Shown piece after piece: positions 1 to 19,900 of a stretch of 37,868 nucleotides of DNA. The translations under genes and the position numbers were made by a program. How positions within the stretch are numbered: position 1 is the first letter of the stretch; each line of letters starts with the position of its first letter. The notes below the pieces were generated by a model. The model was not told the origin of the DNA and did not search any database. It worked only from the letters and a program-made list of their open reading frames with translations. Source of the stretch: Macrostomum lignano (lineage: Eukaryota). The DNA lies in NCBI GenBank assembly GCA_002269645.1, contig NIVC01002201.1:95555-133422 (forward strand). The letters run 5' to 3'.

Positions 1-456
1 TAACAATAATAAAAAGACACAACTCCTGTCAAGCTAAATTCAGCTGAAGCGGAAGTGAAGCAAGCGCAGCTGCTTGGAACGGGACGCCATTGCGAGTTTA
101 TTTGTTTAAATGAAGTTCGAATCAGCGCAAAGAAACGCACAGCCTGTGACTGCATGATGGACGGATTAAGCAGAAGTCCCGTAAATATTGCGAGGCACAG
201 ATGACTTAGCAACAAGAGAGAAGAGCAGTGAAATAGCAGTGAATATTACACTACTCGGCCGCAAGCGATCAATACATGTTTTAGCTGTAGCTTCAGCTAT
301 TTAACAAATACCGATATTCTATTGAGTTCTGTGTAGATATGTACGTACGAAGTATTACTGAACAGGTGTAGCATGTTGTAACACGGGCTTTCAATGAAAG
401 TGCATCGGAGACTTGACTTTTTTCGGACTAGTCAAATGTCTGAGCCTGAGCTGGGG

Positions 457-7279
<6,823 letters not shown>

Positions 7280-8400
7280 TGCGACCAAGCGTAGCTACTT
7301 GTAATTTTGCTGTGTAGAAAACCGCCGTTTAAAAGCATGCATTGAAAGGAAACAAAAATGTATAGAGAGTAGTTCATTTTCATAGATTAATGCACGCAAT
7401 AAAATTAGCTGACTATTTTATATTTACAATAAAATCAATGGTTTTGTTTTAAGTTGATTGAACTATAACTGTGAAATTCTCGCTTAGACATTTACATTAA
7501 TCCTCTTTACCTTAGATATAATGTATTTTAGTCTTGTCTACTAAATTGTCACAATGAATTATCAAGCAACTTAATTTTTATTTTTGAAATACTAGGATAG
7601 TCATAATGCACTTCAAAAATTGAATTATGCAGCAAAATAAAACCAAGTCAAGTCAAAACCAAGTCAATATAAAAGCAAACAAAAAAAGTATAAACTGTCT
7701 TATTGAAATATTTTTAAGAAATGTTTATAAAATGTTCAGGAAAAGCTTACATTTAACAATTCTATGATGATAATAATAAATTAGAAAAAACAACAAAATA
7801 TCTAGAGGAGCCTAGATCTGTTTTGATGAAGTAAAATATTTTTTGTTTCTCTGTCCAAAGGGAAGACTATCTGTCTTGTCTTAGGACAAAAGAAACAAAA
7901 AAACATTAATTAGAAATCTAGAGCTTAAAGCAGAGCACAGGTTTTGTTCGCTATTTAATTAGTTAAATATTCGTCCTATGATTTTAGTCTTACAATTGAG
8001 ATAGAATTTATCCTTTGGCTTTACGTATCCTACTTACGTATAATATTGTACAAAAGGAAAACAGTCACAACTGTCGAAGTTTCAAAAGTGAATTCCATGA
8101 AGCTGAAAGGTACAGTAAATATTGATTTAACTGACTTTTTAAATATACACTCGTAGAAAACAAACGGGTGTTAAATTTTATTTTCTATCTATTTAATGCC
8201 TGTGCGATTTTGAATATGATTACTTGAAGCGAAGGGGCAGACCAAGAGCCAAATAAAATCTACTAGAATTTTCAAGTTAAACTTGTGCTCGACGCTATGT
8301 CACGGAAGAAACCCATTCGTAATATAACGAGCTATTTAACAGTTACCGTGGCCTAAGTGGCAAATACAAGTTTATTCGCGCAGATTGCAGTTATCTTTTT

Positions 8401-8572
8401 CAGGTACGGATCCAGAAAATTTTGAACGGGGGGCGCAGATACTAAGTACATGTATATGTATATTATGTACATGTATATGTACGCGATAATGTGTATTTTC
8501 CTTATTAAAAATTTAAAAAATTCTAACTCGTCGGGGGGCGCCCTGTGCGCCTCCCCCCTAAATCCGCCACTG
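8401..8572. mobile_element. MITE-like non-autonomous DNA element
   Basis: Imperfect terminal inverted repeats CAGGTACGGATCCAG and CTAAATCCGCCACTG, with subterminal GGGGGGCGC motifs, in an AT-rich context. No clear TSD, so the superfamily is not assigned. Confidence 0.55.
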
Positions 8573-9391
8573 ATTGTTTTTAAGAACTTTGAGATGAATT
8601 TCAGAAACAGAGGTCAGTCTTAAAAATGTTTGTCAAGTAGCCTTTAGTTATAAAAGGTCTGTCAATACTTTTCATTTAAATGTGCAGTAACGGTAACTAT
8701 AGTGTAATATGGAGTCAGCTTACTATCCGTTTTTAACACGAGTACAAGACTTTCTTTACATAATATACGCTTAATTCTCATTGTAAAGTTCCAGTCAAAA
8801 TTACTGTATGATGGCTCGATTTTTTCAAAAACGTAGCCTGCAGGAAACTTGATAACTCTCCTTCGAATTTTATTGTAACCTAGTCAAAAATAGACAAAAT
8901 ATTGTCCCCTTGATCCCGCATTTAAAAATAACTCCTTTTGCGATTTCATTCATAGACACGTAATCAATATTGAAGCAGAAAAATTGATTTTTATGCGCGT
9001 TTTGCGTACGTTACATGTACATGTGTACAAACATACGTACATGTATGGTCTGCAGCTGGGGGGTGCAGCAAGCAGAATTTTATTCGAAGTCTATGCAAGG
9101 TGCACAAATTTAGTCGTTCGCATAGAGGGTGAATGAAACAGAACCATCTATTAACTTAACATAACATTAATGATCTTTAATAAAAATAAACAAATTTTAT
9201 ACAACTTGTCTCTTTCCAAGCTACTACATCATGTACATGTTTTCGATTTTGCTGTATTTAAATGCATGATACACTGTACATGTATTTAATTTATATGCAT
9301 GTACACGATGTACATGTAACTAGATGATTAGATACTAGGTACATGTACATGCATTGCAAGGTACATGTACATTCTAAATTGCAAACAAATT

Positions 9392-9630
9392 AAGGGGTTT
9401 CGATTCTCGACCAACTTGAACAACTAGTGGCCTTGAGCAAGACACGTACATGTACATGTAACTCTGCATTGCTTCAGTTCACCCAGTTGTAAAATGAGTA
9501 CCTGGGGTAATTGAGGGTGTGTGTAGCGACCCCCCCCCCCAGTCCTTGGACTGAACAGCCGACGCAGCCTTCAAATGCGCTTACGCATGCAATAGCTGCG
9601 GCTGAACTGTCGGTTGCACATATCTGGCCC
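9392..9630 (+). mobile_element. CORE-like SINE, family B, 5'-truncated copy
   Basis: Aligns with 28288-28533 over the B-box GGTTTCGATTCTCG, CCTTGAGCAAG...AACTCTGCATTGCTTCAG...TGTAAAATG, TTGGACTGAACAGCCG and CTGTCGGTTGCACAT. Confidence 0.75.
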
Positions 9631-9925
9631 AATTTGGTAGGGCAGGTGTAATATATTATTATTTTATTAAATCACAAGGGCTTCTCTATGTTAATTTAAT
9701 TACAAATCATTTCGGCCCGAACAGCTATCCGACGTCGGCGGTACAGTTACATGTATGGCCAATGCTTTTGCTTTTGATATACTCGTACATATGTTCATGT
9801 ATTTATCGTCAGACTACTCGTACTACTTCGGAATGTTGCACAGGGATACAACTTAGTAGAATGCTAAAGATTTTCAGCGCAAGATACATGTACATGTACA
9901 TGTAACACGTACAGTAGCTGACCGT

Positions 9926-9975
9926 AGGCCGCGCACATCAAGGACCACTAGAAGTTACTGTTGTAACAACGTTGT
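9926..9975. repeat. Dispersed duplicate of 10185-10222 plus 11061-11071 (the empty site of the LTR insertion)
   Basis: 39-bp exact match AGGCCGCGCACATCAAGGACCACTAGAAGTTACTGTTGT at 9926 and 10185. Confidence 0.9.
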
Positions 9976-10222
9976 AGCGCCTTGTTTCCCACTGTCCTTG
10001 CGATTAATAAAAGTACTTTCTTTTGAGTGCCCACAAGCTATGACCCAAACTCCAACTTTCGGTTTCAGCCTCAAACTAACTGTACTTTATTTTTCATTAA
10101 ATAGACGCGATCGCCCCCTAGCCGAGGTTTAACCTTTTCGCTCAACTTAATTAATGATCTTCATCCTTTGGTAGCCAGCGCTACAGGCCGCGCACATCAA
10201 GGACCACTAGAAGTTACTGTTG

Positions 10223-11060
10223 TGTCATGAATGTGTTATGACAGTGTGCTCTTTGCTAAGTTGCTGCACCGGGCCAGTGGGCCGTCCTCTCCCCCTCCCC
10301 CCTCCTTAGATATTTTCTGACTCACCCACCTGCACTTCTGCGCGTGCGTACCCCTCTCCTCCCTGCCTAGACCTTTTCTGTTGAGTCAACCCCCCCCCCA
10401 TGCTCTGCGTGCGACCTCCCCCTGTGCGACCCCGCCCCATTATTTTGTTAGCTTTGCTGCCCCGCCCCTGTTTGTGATTGGCTGCCAGTCCCAGTCTGCC
10501 GTGCTGCGCCCCGGCGATTGGCTGGTACAGCTCATGCGTTGCCTTGGCTGATGTCTAAGCCCCCTTTTCTGCCTTTATCCCGCGCCCTCAACCCCCAGTT
10601 TGCTGCCTATTTATTCAGAGCCCCTTGAGACCCCATTCTCGTTGTCTTTGTGGCTCCTCGGCGATTGTGCCAGCGTTGGTTGCTGAATTGCTATTCCTCG
10701 CAGAATTGCTAGACAAATATATAAGTAAAGGATATCGAGATCACCACTGCTCTGACGGCGCTGTTTCTTGCACGACTGAAATCGCGGCTGGTAAGCCTTC
10801 CAATTTGTACGTCATTTGGGTCTGCATCTGTACTAGGCACCTTAGAGGGATTAAGTGCGTCGTACGCCGGTCCCACCCCAAGCAGCTCTGCGTCGTACGC
10901 GAGTCTGTAGGCTGTCGTGCGTCGTACGCTCGAGCAGCCTAGTCCCGACGGACACCGCGTCGTACGCGTGTCAGTGGAGGACCGCAGCCAGGGTCAGTAC
11001 ACGAACCCGGGTCTGGGAAAGGGGCACGAAAGGACCGAGCCCTTGAACCCCATCATCACA
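10223..11060 (+). mobile_element. Solo LTR (838 bp), probably Ty3/Gypsy-type
   Basis: Starts TGTCATGA and ends TCATCACA (TG...CA with a 7/8 terminal inverted repeat). Flanked by the 4-bp TSD GTTG (10219-10222 and 11061-11064). Removing it restores the sequence seen at 9956-9975. It contains GC boxes, ATTGG boxes and a TATA-like TATTTAT; the orientation is inferred from these. Confidence 0.8.
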
Positions 11061-11120
11061 GTTGTAACAACGTTGGTAACAACGTTGATACGTTGTTACA
11101 AACAACGTATCACGCGCTAT

Positions 11121-11522
11121 CTTGGGAACATGAAGCCTACGCGCACATCTTGGGAACATGAAGCCTACGCGCACATCTTGGGAACATGAAGCCTACGCGC
11201 ACATCTTGGGAACATGAAGCCTACGCGCACATCTTGGGAACATGAAGCCTACGCGCACATCTTGGGAACATGAAGCCTACGCGCACATCTTGGGAACATG
11301 AAGCCTACGCGCACATCTTGGGAACATGAAGCCTACGCGCACATCTTGGGAACATGAAGCCTACGCGCACATCTTGGGAACATGAAGCCTACGCGCACAT
11401 CTTGGGAACATGAAGCCTACGCGCACATCTTGGGAACATGAAGCCTACGCGCACATCTTGGGAACATGAAGCCTACGCGCACATCTTGGGAACATGAAGC
11501 CTACGCGCACATCTTGGGAACA
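11121..11522. repeat. 28-bp minisatellite (CTTGGGAACATGAAGCCTACGCGCACAT)n, about 14 copies
   Basis: Perfect 28-bp period. Confidence 0.97.
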
Positions 11523-13018
11523 AACATCATGCTGTTCGAATTCACAAATTGCATGGAAGATCCAGATGTGCATGCAATGTATAATAGAAAATTATTAACG
11601 TTGTACACCGCGTACATGAATTCGTACTGCTGCTGCGGCAAAGTGATAGTGAAAGAGCTGCAAAAGTTCCCACAACAGTTGCACAAGTTTCCGACGCCTG
11701 TACGTGTCTGTGTGTGCTATATCTAGTCGGCCATTATACCGTTTAGAATCGATTGCGCTTGCAAGTACGAATATAATATTGTGCATAATACAATCGCGTA
11801 TGCGATCGTTCATGGCTGCAGCGAACAGCTGAAGCGGTGGAAATGGCTGGGGATAGAATGAAGCCGCCTCCGATTTCGAAAGGCCCGATTTGGGGAGGTT
11901 GTTAGGTTGGGCGGGGAGCAAGTCAAGGAGGACGGCTTATACACAGCGATGCAGCACAGCAGCGACAGAATTTATCCATCCAGTTAGGATTCGCATTTGG
12001 GATTATAAGGCTCGTAAAATGGCGCGATGCTCGTATCTGAAGTGTCAGTTTAGCGTTTGGAGTCAAGCGGCGGGAAGAGGAGGGGAAGAGGGAGGGGAGG
12101 CATGGAGGGGACAGAAGCGGGGGCGGCAGTACCGTGATCGTACGCGCAAAATACTTAGCTGGGGGGTGGAGGCGGCGACCGACCGTTGGATATTCGACTT
12201 GATTCAATTCTGGCCTCCACTCGGGCTTCGCTCTATCCCTAAATTAGAGCGGCCCCACCAGGCCTCACTCGTCCTCCTCCTCCCTACTGCATAAGCCGGC
12301 AACCGCCAACCAGACCCCAAATATTTCTGCTTTGGCCGGCTCTCCCTCTCTCCCTCCTCTGCCTCTCGCGCGTGCCACAAGCAAGACCCCTCGCGGGCCA
12401 ACCGCAAAAGCCTCAGACGCAGACAGAGAGACAGACAGAAGAAGAAAGCAGCCCAGAAGAGAAAAGCAAAAAAGAAGCCCTCCTCTACTTTAGCTGCTTC
12501 TAGGGGTTGCTGGTGCTACGTTTCGCACTGGAATATTGCAGCCCAGGAAAATAGAAAGTAAAAATAAAGAAGAAGATCGAACAATACGAAGAGAGGCAAG
12601 GCCAAGCAGAGAAAGGAGGTGCAAAGTGTCGCACTGCTAATATCGGTCTCAGAAAGCGGCAAGTCAGCTAGTGAGCTTGGCTTTAAACTTCTGTTAATCA
12701 TCGCTATATATACATAGGCTTCCCTTATTCTGTTACAACCCACCCCAGTATAAAGCCTTTGTCCTCAGACACTTCTTCCCACTTTTACAAGAGCTAACAA
12801 TCACCCAATAGTTTGATTCTCCAGTCTTTGTCCCGTCGGTCACCGCCTTCCCCTCTCCCCTCTGTCCTACTGAAATGAGTCACGTGGACTATCCGTCATA
12901 AAAACGCTCTGCAAAAGCTAACCAAGTAAGGCAATATAAACAACGGTAACTTCCCCGCGCACGAGACCAGAGAGAGACAGGCATCAGTTCCCAATTCGGG
13001 GCCATTGGGCAGGCAGAA

Positions 13019-13951
13019 ATGAGCTCCCACTCGCACTGCAACGGCTATCAAAGTCTCCTAGCCGGAGGAGGCGGCGCGCAATGCGCTAACGGCACACCCC
13101 CGGTGACTGCGGCGGCTTCAGTTAGCCTCGGCAGCGGCAGCAACCAGCATTCTCTGATCGACACGGACCCGCCTCGCAGTCATCTGCATCACCACCATCA
13201 GCAGCCGTTGCCGCGCAGCGATCGCTCCGACCGGAAGCTGCTCGCTCCGCACTTCTTCGCCGAGTTGAACACCGACTTGGCTTCGTACGCCGACGCCGCC
13301 TCGTCGACAATGTCCGACGCTGGCGAGGGCGGCCGCGGCGGTCGCTCCCGTTGGCGCCGACTCCGGATGCGCCTGTGCCGCTTCTGCAACAGCGACGCTT
13401 TCGTCGACTGGAGCGTCGAACGTTTGTACCGGAAGTACGCTTTCCGACTGGAGCGGGCCATGCTAAGCCGCTTCCTGCTGACCTACGTCTGCCTGCTGCT
13501 GGCGCTGACGTCAATCGACTACGCATTCGGTCACCGGTTTTCCTACAAAGCCGCGGTATACGTCGCCTCCGCCTCGGCGTTCCTGTTTGCCGCGGTGTTC
13601 CTACACAGCCGGCTGATGCGGCCCGAGCACACGTCCACCGGCTGCGCTTTGGTGCTGCTCCTAGTCAGCCTGATCGCTGCCACGGCTTTCCCCGTCAGCT
13701 GGGTCAGCGCTTCAACAGTCCAGCAACAGCAGATTTTTACCATGGCCGACGGGCTGTGGCAGGTGGCATTCGCGGTGTTCGCAGTCTACTGCCTGCTGCC
13801 TGGTCAGCTGCTGGCCACGGCGCTCTACGGATCGGTTCTGAGCCTTTGCTACCTGGCGTGCTCGGCTGTGCTCACGAGGCAGCAGCTTGTGGAGCCAAGC
13901 AGAGCTGACAGCGTTGCTCGCAAGCATATCACTGAGAGCTACTGGACTTCT
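13019..13951 (+). CDS. ADCY-like exon 1 (N-terminus, TM1-5)
   Basis: ATG at 13019; donor TCT|GTGAGT at 13952; phase 0. Confidence 0.9.
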
Positions 13952-16900
13952 GTGAGTACAGACTTTTGTTAGAAGCGGGCCAATGAAATGACCAGAGATG
14001 GCCGCTAGGTGCTAAAGCATAGAATGTGCTCAAAATGAGCGTCAGAGGCGCATCTTTGGGTGACTTCGTGAGTAACTCTCTGAGTGTCGTCATGGGTGAC
14101 TCTCTGAGTGTCGTCATGGGTGACTCTCTGAGTGTCGTCATGGGTGACTCTCTGAGTGTCGTCATGGGTGACTCTCTGAGTGTCGTCATGGGTGACTCTC
14201 TGAGTGTCTTCATGGGTAACTCTGAGTGTCGTCATGGGTAACTCTCTGAGTTTCTTCATAGGTAACTCTCTGGGTGTCTTCGTGGGTAACTTTCTGAATG
14301 TCTTCATGGGTGACTCTCTGAGTGTCGTCATGTATGACTCTCTGAGTGCCTTCATGGGTGACTCTCTGAGTGTCTTCATGTGTGACTTTCTGAGTGCCTT
14401 CATGGGTAACTCTCTGAGAGTGTCTTCATGTGCAGATCTCCGAGGGTCTGAATGAGGCCAACAGTTCACATTTAACGCACTCGGTCCGTCGGTAAAATTC
14501 TTAAAAACCAGCGTTTTCCTGCACGTCCCGTAGCCCTTATGGGATTAACAATGCCCGCATCGTCCAAACCGGCAGTACTTCTCGTAGCATCACCTGTTTC
14601 AGAATGGTTTCGAATCATTCACGACGTACGAGTATCTGCGCAATACAAACGAGGAAGATTTCCCCTGCGTCAAGAGCTGTCTCTAGTGGGGGCTATGTGA
14701 GGTTCAGTCATGACTTTGCGAGCTGCTTTGAAGTCCCTTCGCCTTTAACTGCGCAAATTTGATAGATTCAGACTGAACAGCCAACCAATATGCCAGCCAG
14801 TGTAGCAGATCCAACAGCTGTCCCGTTCATTCCTATTTGCTAGTCAGAGCGCATAAAATCTCTTTCTAGGAATTAACTGACTGGCTGAAGTTTGAAGAAC
14901 GGCGTGCATAAAGTTAAAGAATTAGATGTTGCCGAAATCAATAATCAGTAATATACAGTGTGGGTTGACCAGGTGACCTGCACTGTATGTTGGTGCTGCG
15001 GTCCCTGTGTTTGATAGACACCTACCTGTTAGATAAACACCTACCTGATAGATAGACACCTACCTGTTAGATAGACACCTACCTGTTAGATAGACATCTA
15101 CCTGTTAGATTAACACCTACCTGTTAGATAGACACCTACCTGTTAGATAAACACCTACTTGATAGATAGACACCTACCTGTTAGATAAACACCTACTTGA
15201 TAGATAGACACCTACCTGTTAGATAGACACCTACTTGATAGATAGACACCTACCTGTTAGATAAACACCTACCTGTTAGATAGACACCTACCTGTTAGAT
15301 AACCACCTACCTGTTAGATAAACACCTACTTGTTAGATATACATATACCTGTTAGATAAACACCTACTTGTTAGATATACATATACCTGTTAGATAACCA
15401 CCTACCTGTTAGATAAACACCTACTTGTTAGATATACATATACCTGTTTGATAGATGCTTTCCTGTTACATATACACCTACCTTTTCGATAGACACCTAC
15501 CTGTTAGATAGACATCAAACTGTTTGATAGATGCTTACCTGTAAGATAAACACCAACCTGTTAGATAAATGTAGATGCCTTCTTATTTGATAGACACCTG
15601 TTAGACTGAAGATAGACACCTGTTAAACAGAAAATAGGCACCTGTTAGACAGAAGATATACACCTGTTAGACAGAAGCTAGACACCTGTTAGACAGAAGA
15701 TAGACACCTGTTAGACAGAAGATAGACACCTGTTAGACAGAAGATAGACACCTGTTAGACGGAAGCTAGACACCTGTTAGACAGAAGATAGACACCTGTT
15801 AGACAGAAGCTAGACACCTGTTAGACGGAAGCTAGACACCTGTTAGACGGAAGATAGACACCTGTTAGACAGAGAATCCTGCTAGTTATACAGACAGTAG
15901 CACGTCAGAAAAAATGGAATTTTGCCAGAATAGTCGACAGGAAAGCACCGAGGCAAATTATGCGGCTGAGTAGCAACCAATGCACAGGGGACGAGAATGC
16001 TTTGAGCAATTTAGAAACGTAACCCAGGACAACTGAACTCTTATTCCAATGCTGTGACTATTAAACTTGAAAACCGATTATCATGGAGGCCCTCCAATTT
16101 CCCAGTCTAAATCGATCCGATGGGAGCTGGGCTATGTGGACGCGAGGGTCAGGTCAAGTGGGGTTGCCAGTGACCTCAGAAGGCAAACTTTCGAGTTTTC
16201 TCTCTCTATCTCTGTTTTTATCCCTCCGTGTTGGCTGGGAGTTTTTGGGTCTAGCATCCTTAAATTTCTCCCATCGATGCTCAAAAGCTTTGGAATTTCT
16301 TTAAAATAGGCTTTTTAAAGTACATGTAAATTCTCGAATTGATAAAATTTCGATTCAAGTTTTAATCTTTACAAAATCAAGTCTGATACGCTATATACAA
16401 AATCACGCTGGGTTTCACTCAATAGAATTAAAATCCTTCTTCATTCGACTCTCACCCCGATGGAAACTCATTTTTGGAATCTTACCTCGCAGAATCTCGC
16501 CCCTAGAATCTTATCCTTCAGAATCTCACCCCTCAGAATCTCAGAATTCAGAATCTCATCTCTCAGAATCTCACCCCTAGGATCTTATCTTTAAGAATCA
16601 CATCACTCAGAATCTCACAATTCAAAATATCACCCTTCAGAATCTCACCCTTCAGAATCTCACCCTTCAGAATCTCACCCTTAGGAATCTCACCCTTCAG
16701 AATCTCACCCTTCAGAATCTCACCCTTCAGAATCTCACCCTTAGGAATCCCACCCTTAGGAATCTCACCCTTCATAATCTCACCCTTAGGAATCTCACCC
16801 TTAGGAATCCCACCCTTAGGAATCTCACCCTTCATAATCTCACCCTTAGGAATCTCACCCTTAGGAATCTCACCCTTAGGAATCTCACCCTTAGGAAGCT

Positions 16901-19900
16901 CACCCTTCATAATCTCACCCTTAGGAATCTCACCCTTCAGAATCTCACCCTTAGGAATCTCACCCTTCAGAATCTCACCCTTAGGAATCTCACCCTTCAT
17001 AATCTCACCCTTAGGAATCTCACCCTTAGGAATCCCACCCTTAGGAATCTCACCCTTCATAATCTCACCCTTAGGAATCTCACCCTTAGGAATCTCACCC
17101 TTAGGAATCTCACCCTTAGGAATCTCACCCTTCATAATCTCACCCTTAGGAATCTCACCCTTCAGAATCTCACCCTTAGGAATCCCACCCTTAGGAATGT
17201 CACCCTTCATAATCTCACCCTTAGGAATCTCACCCTTAGGAATCCCACCCTTAGGAATCTCACCCTTCATAATCTCACCCTTAGGAATCTCACCCTTAGG
17301 AATCTCACCCTTAGGAATCTCACCCTTAGGAATCTCACCCTTCATAATCTCACCCTTCAGAATCTAACAATTCAGAATCTCATCCCTCAGAATTCAACCT
17401 CTCAGAATCTCACCCCTCGAAATGTTACACTTCAGAATCTCAAACCTTAAATTCTTAGAATCTCACCGTCTAGATTCTCATCCCTCAGATTCTTACCCGT
17501 CAAATCTTACCAATCAGAATCTCAACCGCTTAGAGTTTGATTGACTTCTCAGCGTCTCACCCCCACAGAGCCTCAATTCAGCGAATCTCACCCATAGAAT
17601 ATCAACCCTGATAATATCCCTAAATTTCTCCAGCAAGAGTCAACAACAACATCACTTCTTCTTTCCCAATTTTCCAGCTGATCGCCTCATCACTTGTGCT
17701 GCTCTGCGCCAATCTGGGTGGCGCCTGTTTGCAGCGCTTTCGCGACAGCCTGTTGCGCCGCAGTTTCCTGGAAACCAAGGCCTGCATCGCCAATCAGCTG
17801 CAGTTGGATGACGAGACCTACAAGCTGGTGAGCTAGTTGCTGGGCAGGATTATAAAATTGTGGATCTGGATATGGGAATTTTGGAATTCGGGATCTGGTT
17901 ATGGGATTATGAAATTGGGGATCTGGATATGGGAATTATGGAATTTGGGATTTGGATATGGGAATTATGAAATTGGGGATTTGGATATGGGAATTATGAA
18001 ATTGGGGATCTGGCTATGGGAATTATGAAATTTAGGACTTGATTTTAGGGATTATGAATTTGGGGATCTAGACATTAAAATTATAGAATCGGGAATCTTG
18101 GGGATCTGGAAATGGGAATTATTACACTATACGCCATTCCATAAACTTTATCAATAATGGGATTATCTTGTATCTCTTATAAACAGCATTAATTGTTTCT
18201 CCTACAAGAGTACAGCCAGAAAAAGCAGCAAAAAGCATCGAACAAATAGAGGTGACAAAAATTCGGCTGTTGAGTCAGACTTTCAAACTTTTTTCCCTAA
18301 AGAAAAAGGGGATTTTTTCATCCCCCAGTGGGAGTGCAAGATTGATTGAACGGGAGCAGGCTAGTAAGGGATTGATGAAGGAACCAATGTGTCTAAAAGT
18401 ACATTTCGTCTTTAAGGGGGTTGCACTTTACAAATGAGGATAAATCTGTTTCCTCCTAATCAGACAGGGGATAGAATCTGTCTCTCTAGACTTTGAGTTC
18501 GCAATGATGCAGCTGGGAGTCTGGTGCAGCGGTACTTTGGGGACACATTTCGTTGTGTCTCATGGGAGAAGGGATCTGACCAGCGGTCCGCAGCTGATAT
18601 GACGTCGAAATCTCGTCTCCTACAAAAAGAGAAATCTTTTTTTTCAGTTATTTGGGCATTGCATCTCAGAATGGATTGGATTTCAAATTATTTGTTGGCT
18701 TTTACGTTTAAAGTACATCGTGACACTGGATAGTTCGATGTGCCGACTGATTTAGTCAATTTAAATTAGTAAATTCTTAGATCATGAAGTGGATTGGAGT
18801 AGAGATTATAATGTAGATTTGGGATTCTTGATTATAATCAAGAATTGGGATTTGGGAATATAATTTACAATTGGAGTGGGATTATAATGTAAAATAGGGC
18901 TTTGGGATTAGTATGTAGAATGGGGATTTGGGATTAGAATGTAGAACAGGGATTTGGGATCATAATGTAGAACAGGGATTTGGGATCATAATTTAGAACA
19001 GGGATTTGGGATCATAATGTAGAACAGGGATTTGGGATCATAATGTAAAACAGGGATTTGGGATCATAATGTAAAACAGGGATTTGGGATCATAATGTAG
19101 AACGGGGATTTGGGATCATAATATTGAAGATAGAGACTTAAACTGGTATAGGCTATGGTTCTGAATGCCACAAGATAGTTTAGGATTTCTTAAATCTAAG
19201 GAATGGGTTTCAGGATAGAGTAACCATGGCTGAGAAACTGAAAGGCCAATTTGCTAGTTGAAATTTCAGTTATAAAATTTCGAGTTGGGACCTGCGTATG
19301 GCTGCAGATTCAAGGCTATGCTATAAATTATTGGAATTTCTAAGTCTCTGCACTGCTGAGGCTGCAATTAGCTATAAAAGTCTAGCCGATGACTGTCAAA
19401 CTGCAGGGTCCGTGAAGAGGTATGGCGCACCAGCACTGCTGTTCGCTTCACTTCAAGCGTCATGTGTTGCCTTACCAGCCCGAGAGGGCCCCCAAACCCC
19501 CCCCCCCCCATAGCAACAAGACCGCAACCTCAGTGCATTTCTCATCCCACAGGAACGCCTGGTGCAGTCTGTGGTGCCTTCCGACCTGACGGACGACATG
19601 CGGGCCGACTGTCTGCATGGCAACTTCGGCTGGAAGGTGGCCCAGGTCAACCAGACACCGTACATGAGGTTGGGACTCTGGGTGATGGACTTCAGGGGGA
19701 CAGGGAGCTTGGGCGGAAAGAAAGACAGACGGGTAGATAGACAAGAAGACAGTCAGACAGGCGACGAGACAGACACTAAAACAAGCATTAAAACAGGAAC
19801 TAAGACACTAAACCAGACACTAAGACAGTCACTAAGACAGTCACTAAGACAGGCACTAAGACAGTCACTAAGACAGACAAAACTACACTAAATCAGACTC

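Noticed and set aside
10857-10967. Four GCGTCGTACGC repeats with variable spacers, superficially CRISPR-like
   Set aside because: The repeat is only 11 bp and the spacers are 18-27 nt and unequal. It lies inside a eukaryotic LTR with no cas genes.
11121-11522. 28-bp repeat array as a possible CRISPR
   Set aside because: The units are head-to-tail with no spacers.
13122-13927. Overlapping antisense and alternate-frame ORFs over GC-rich exons (also at 2291-2706 and 31063-33929)
   Set aside because: These are expected shadows of high-GC coding sequence and show no recognisable motifs.
16563-17345. 260-aa KGEIP collagen- or elastin-like ORF
   Set aside because: It is the antisense translation of a 15-bp intronic minisatellite, with no unique flanking coding sequence.
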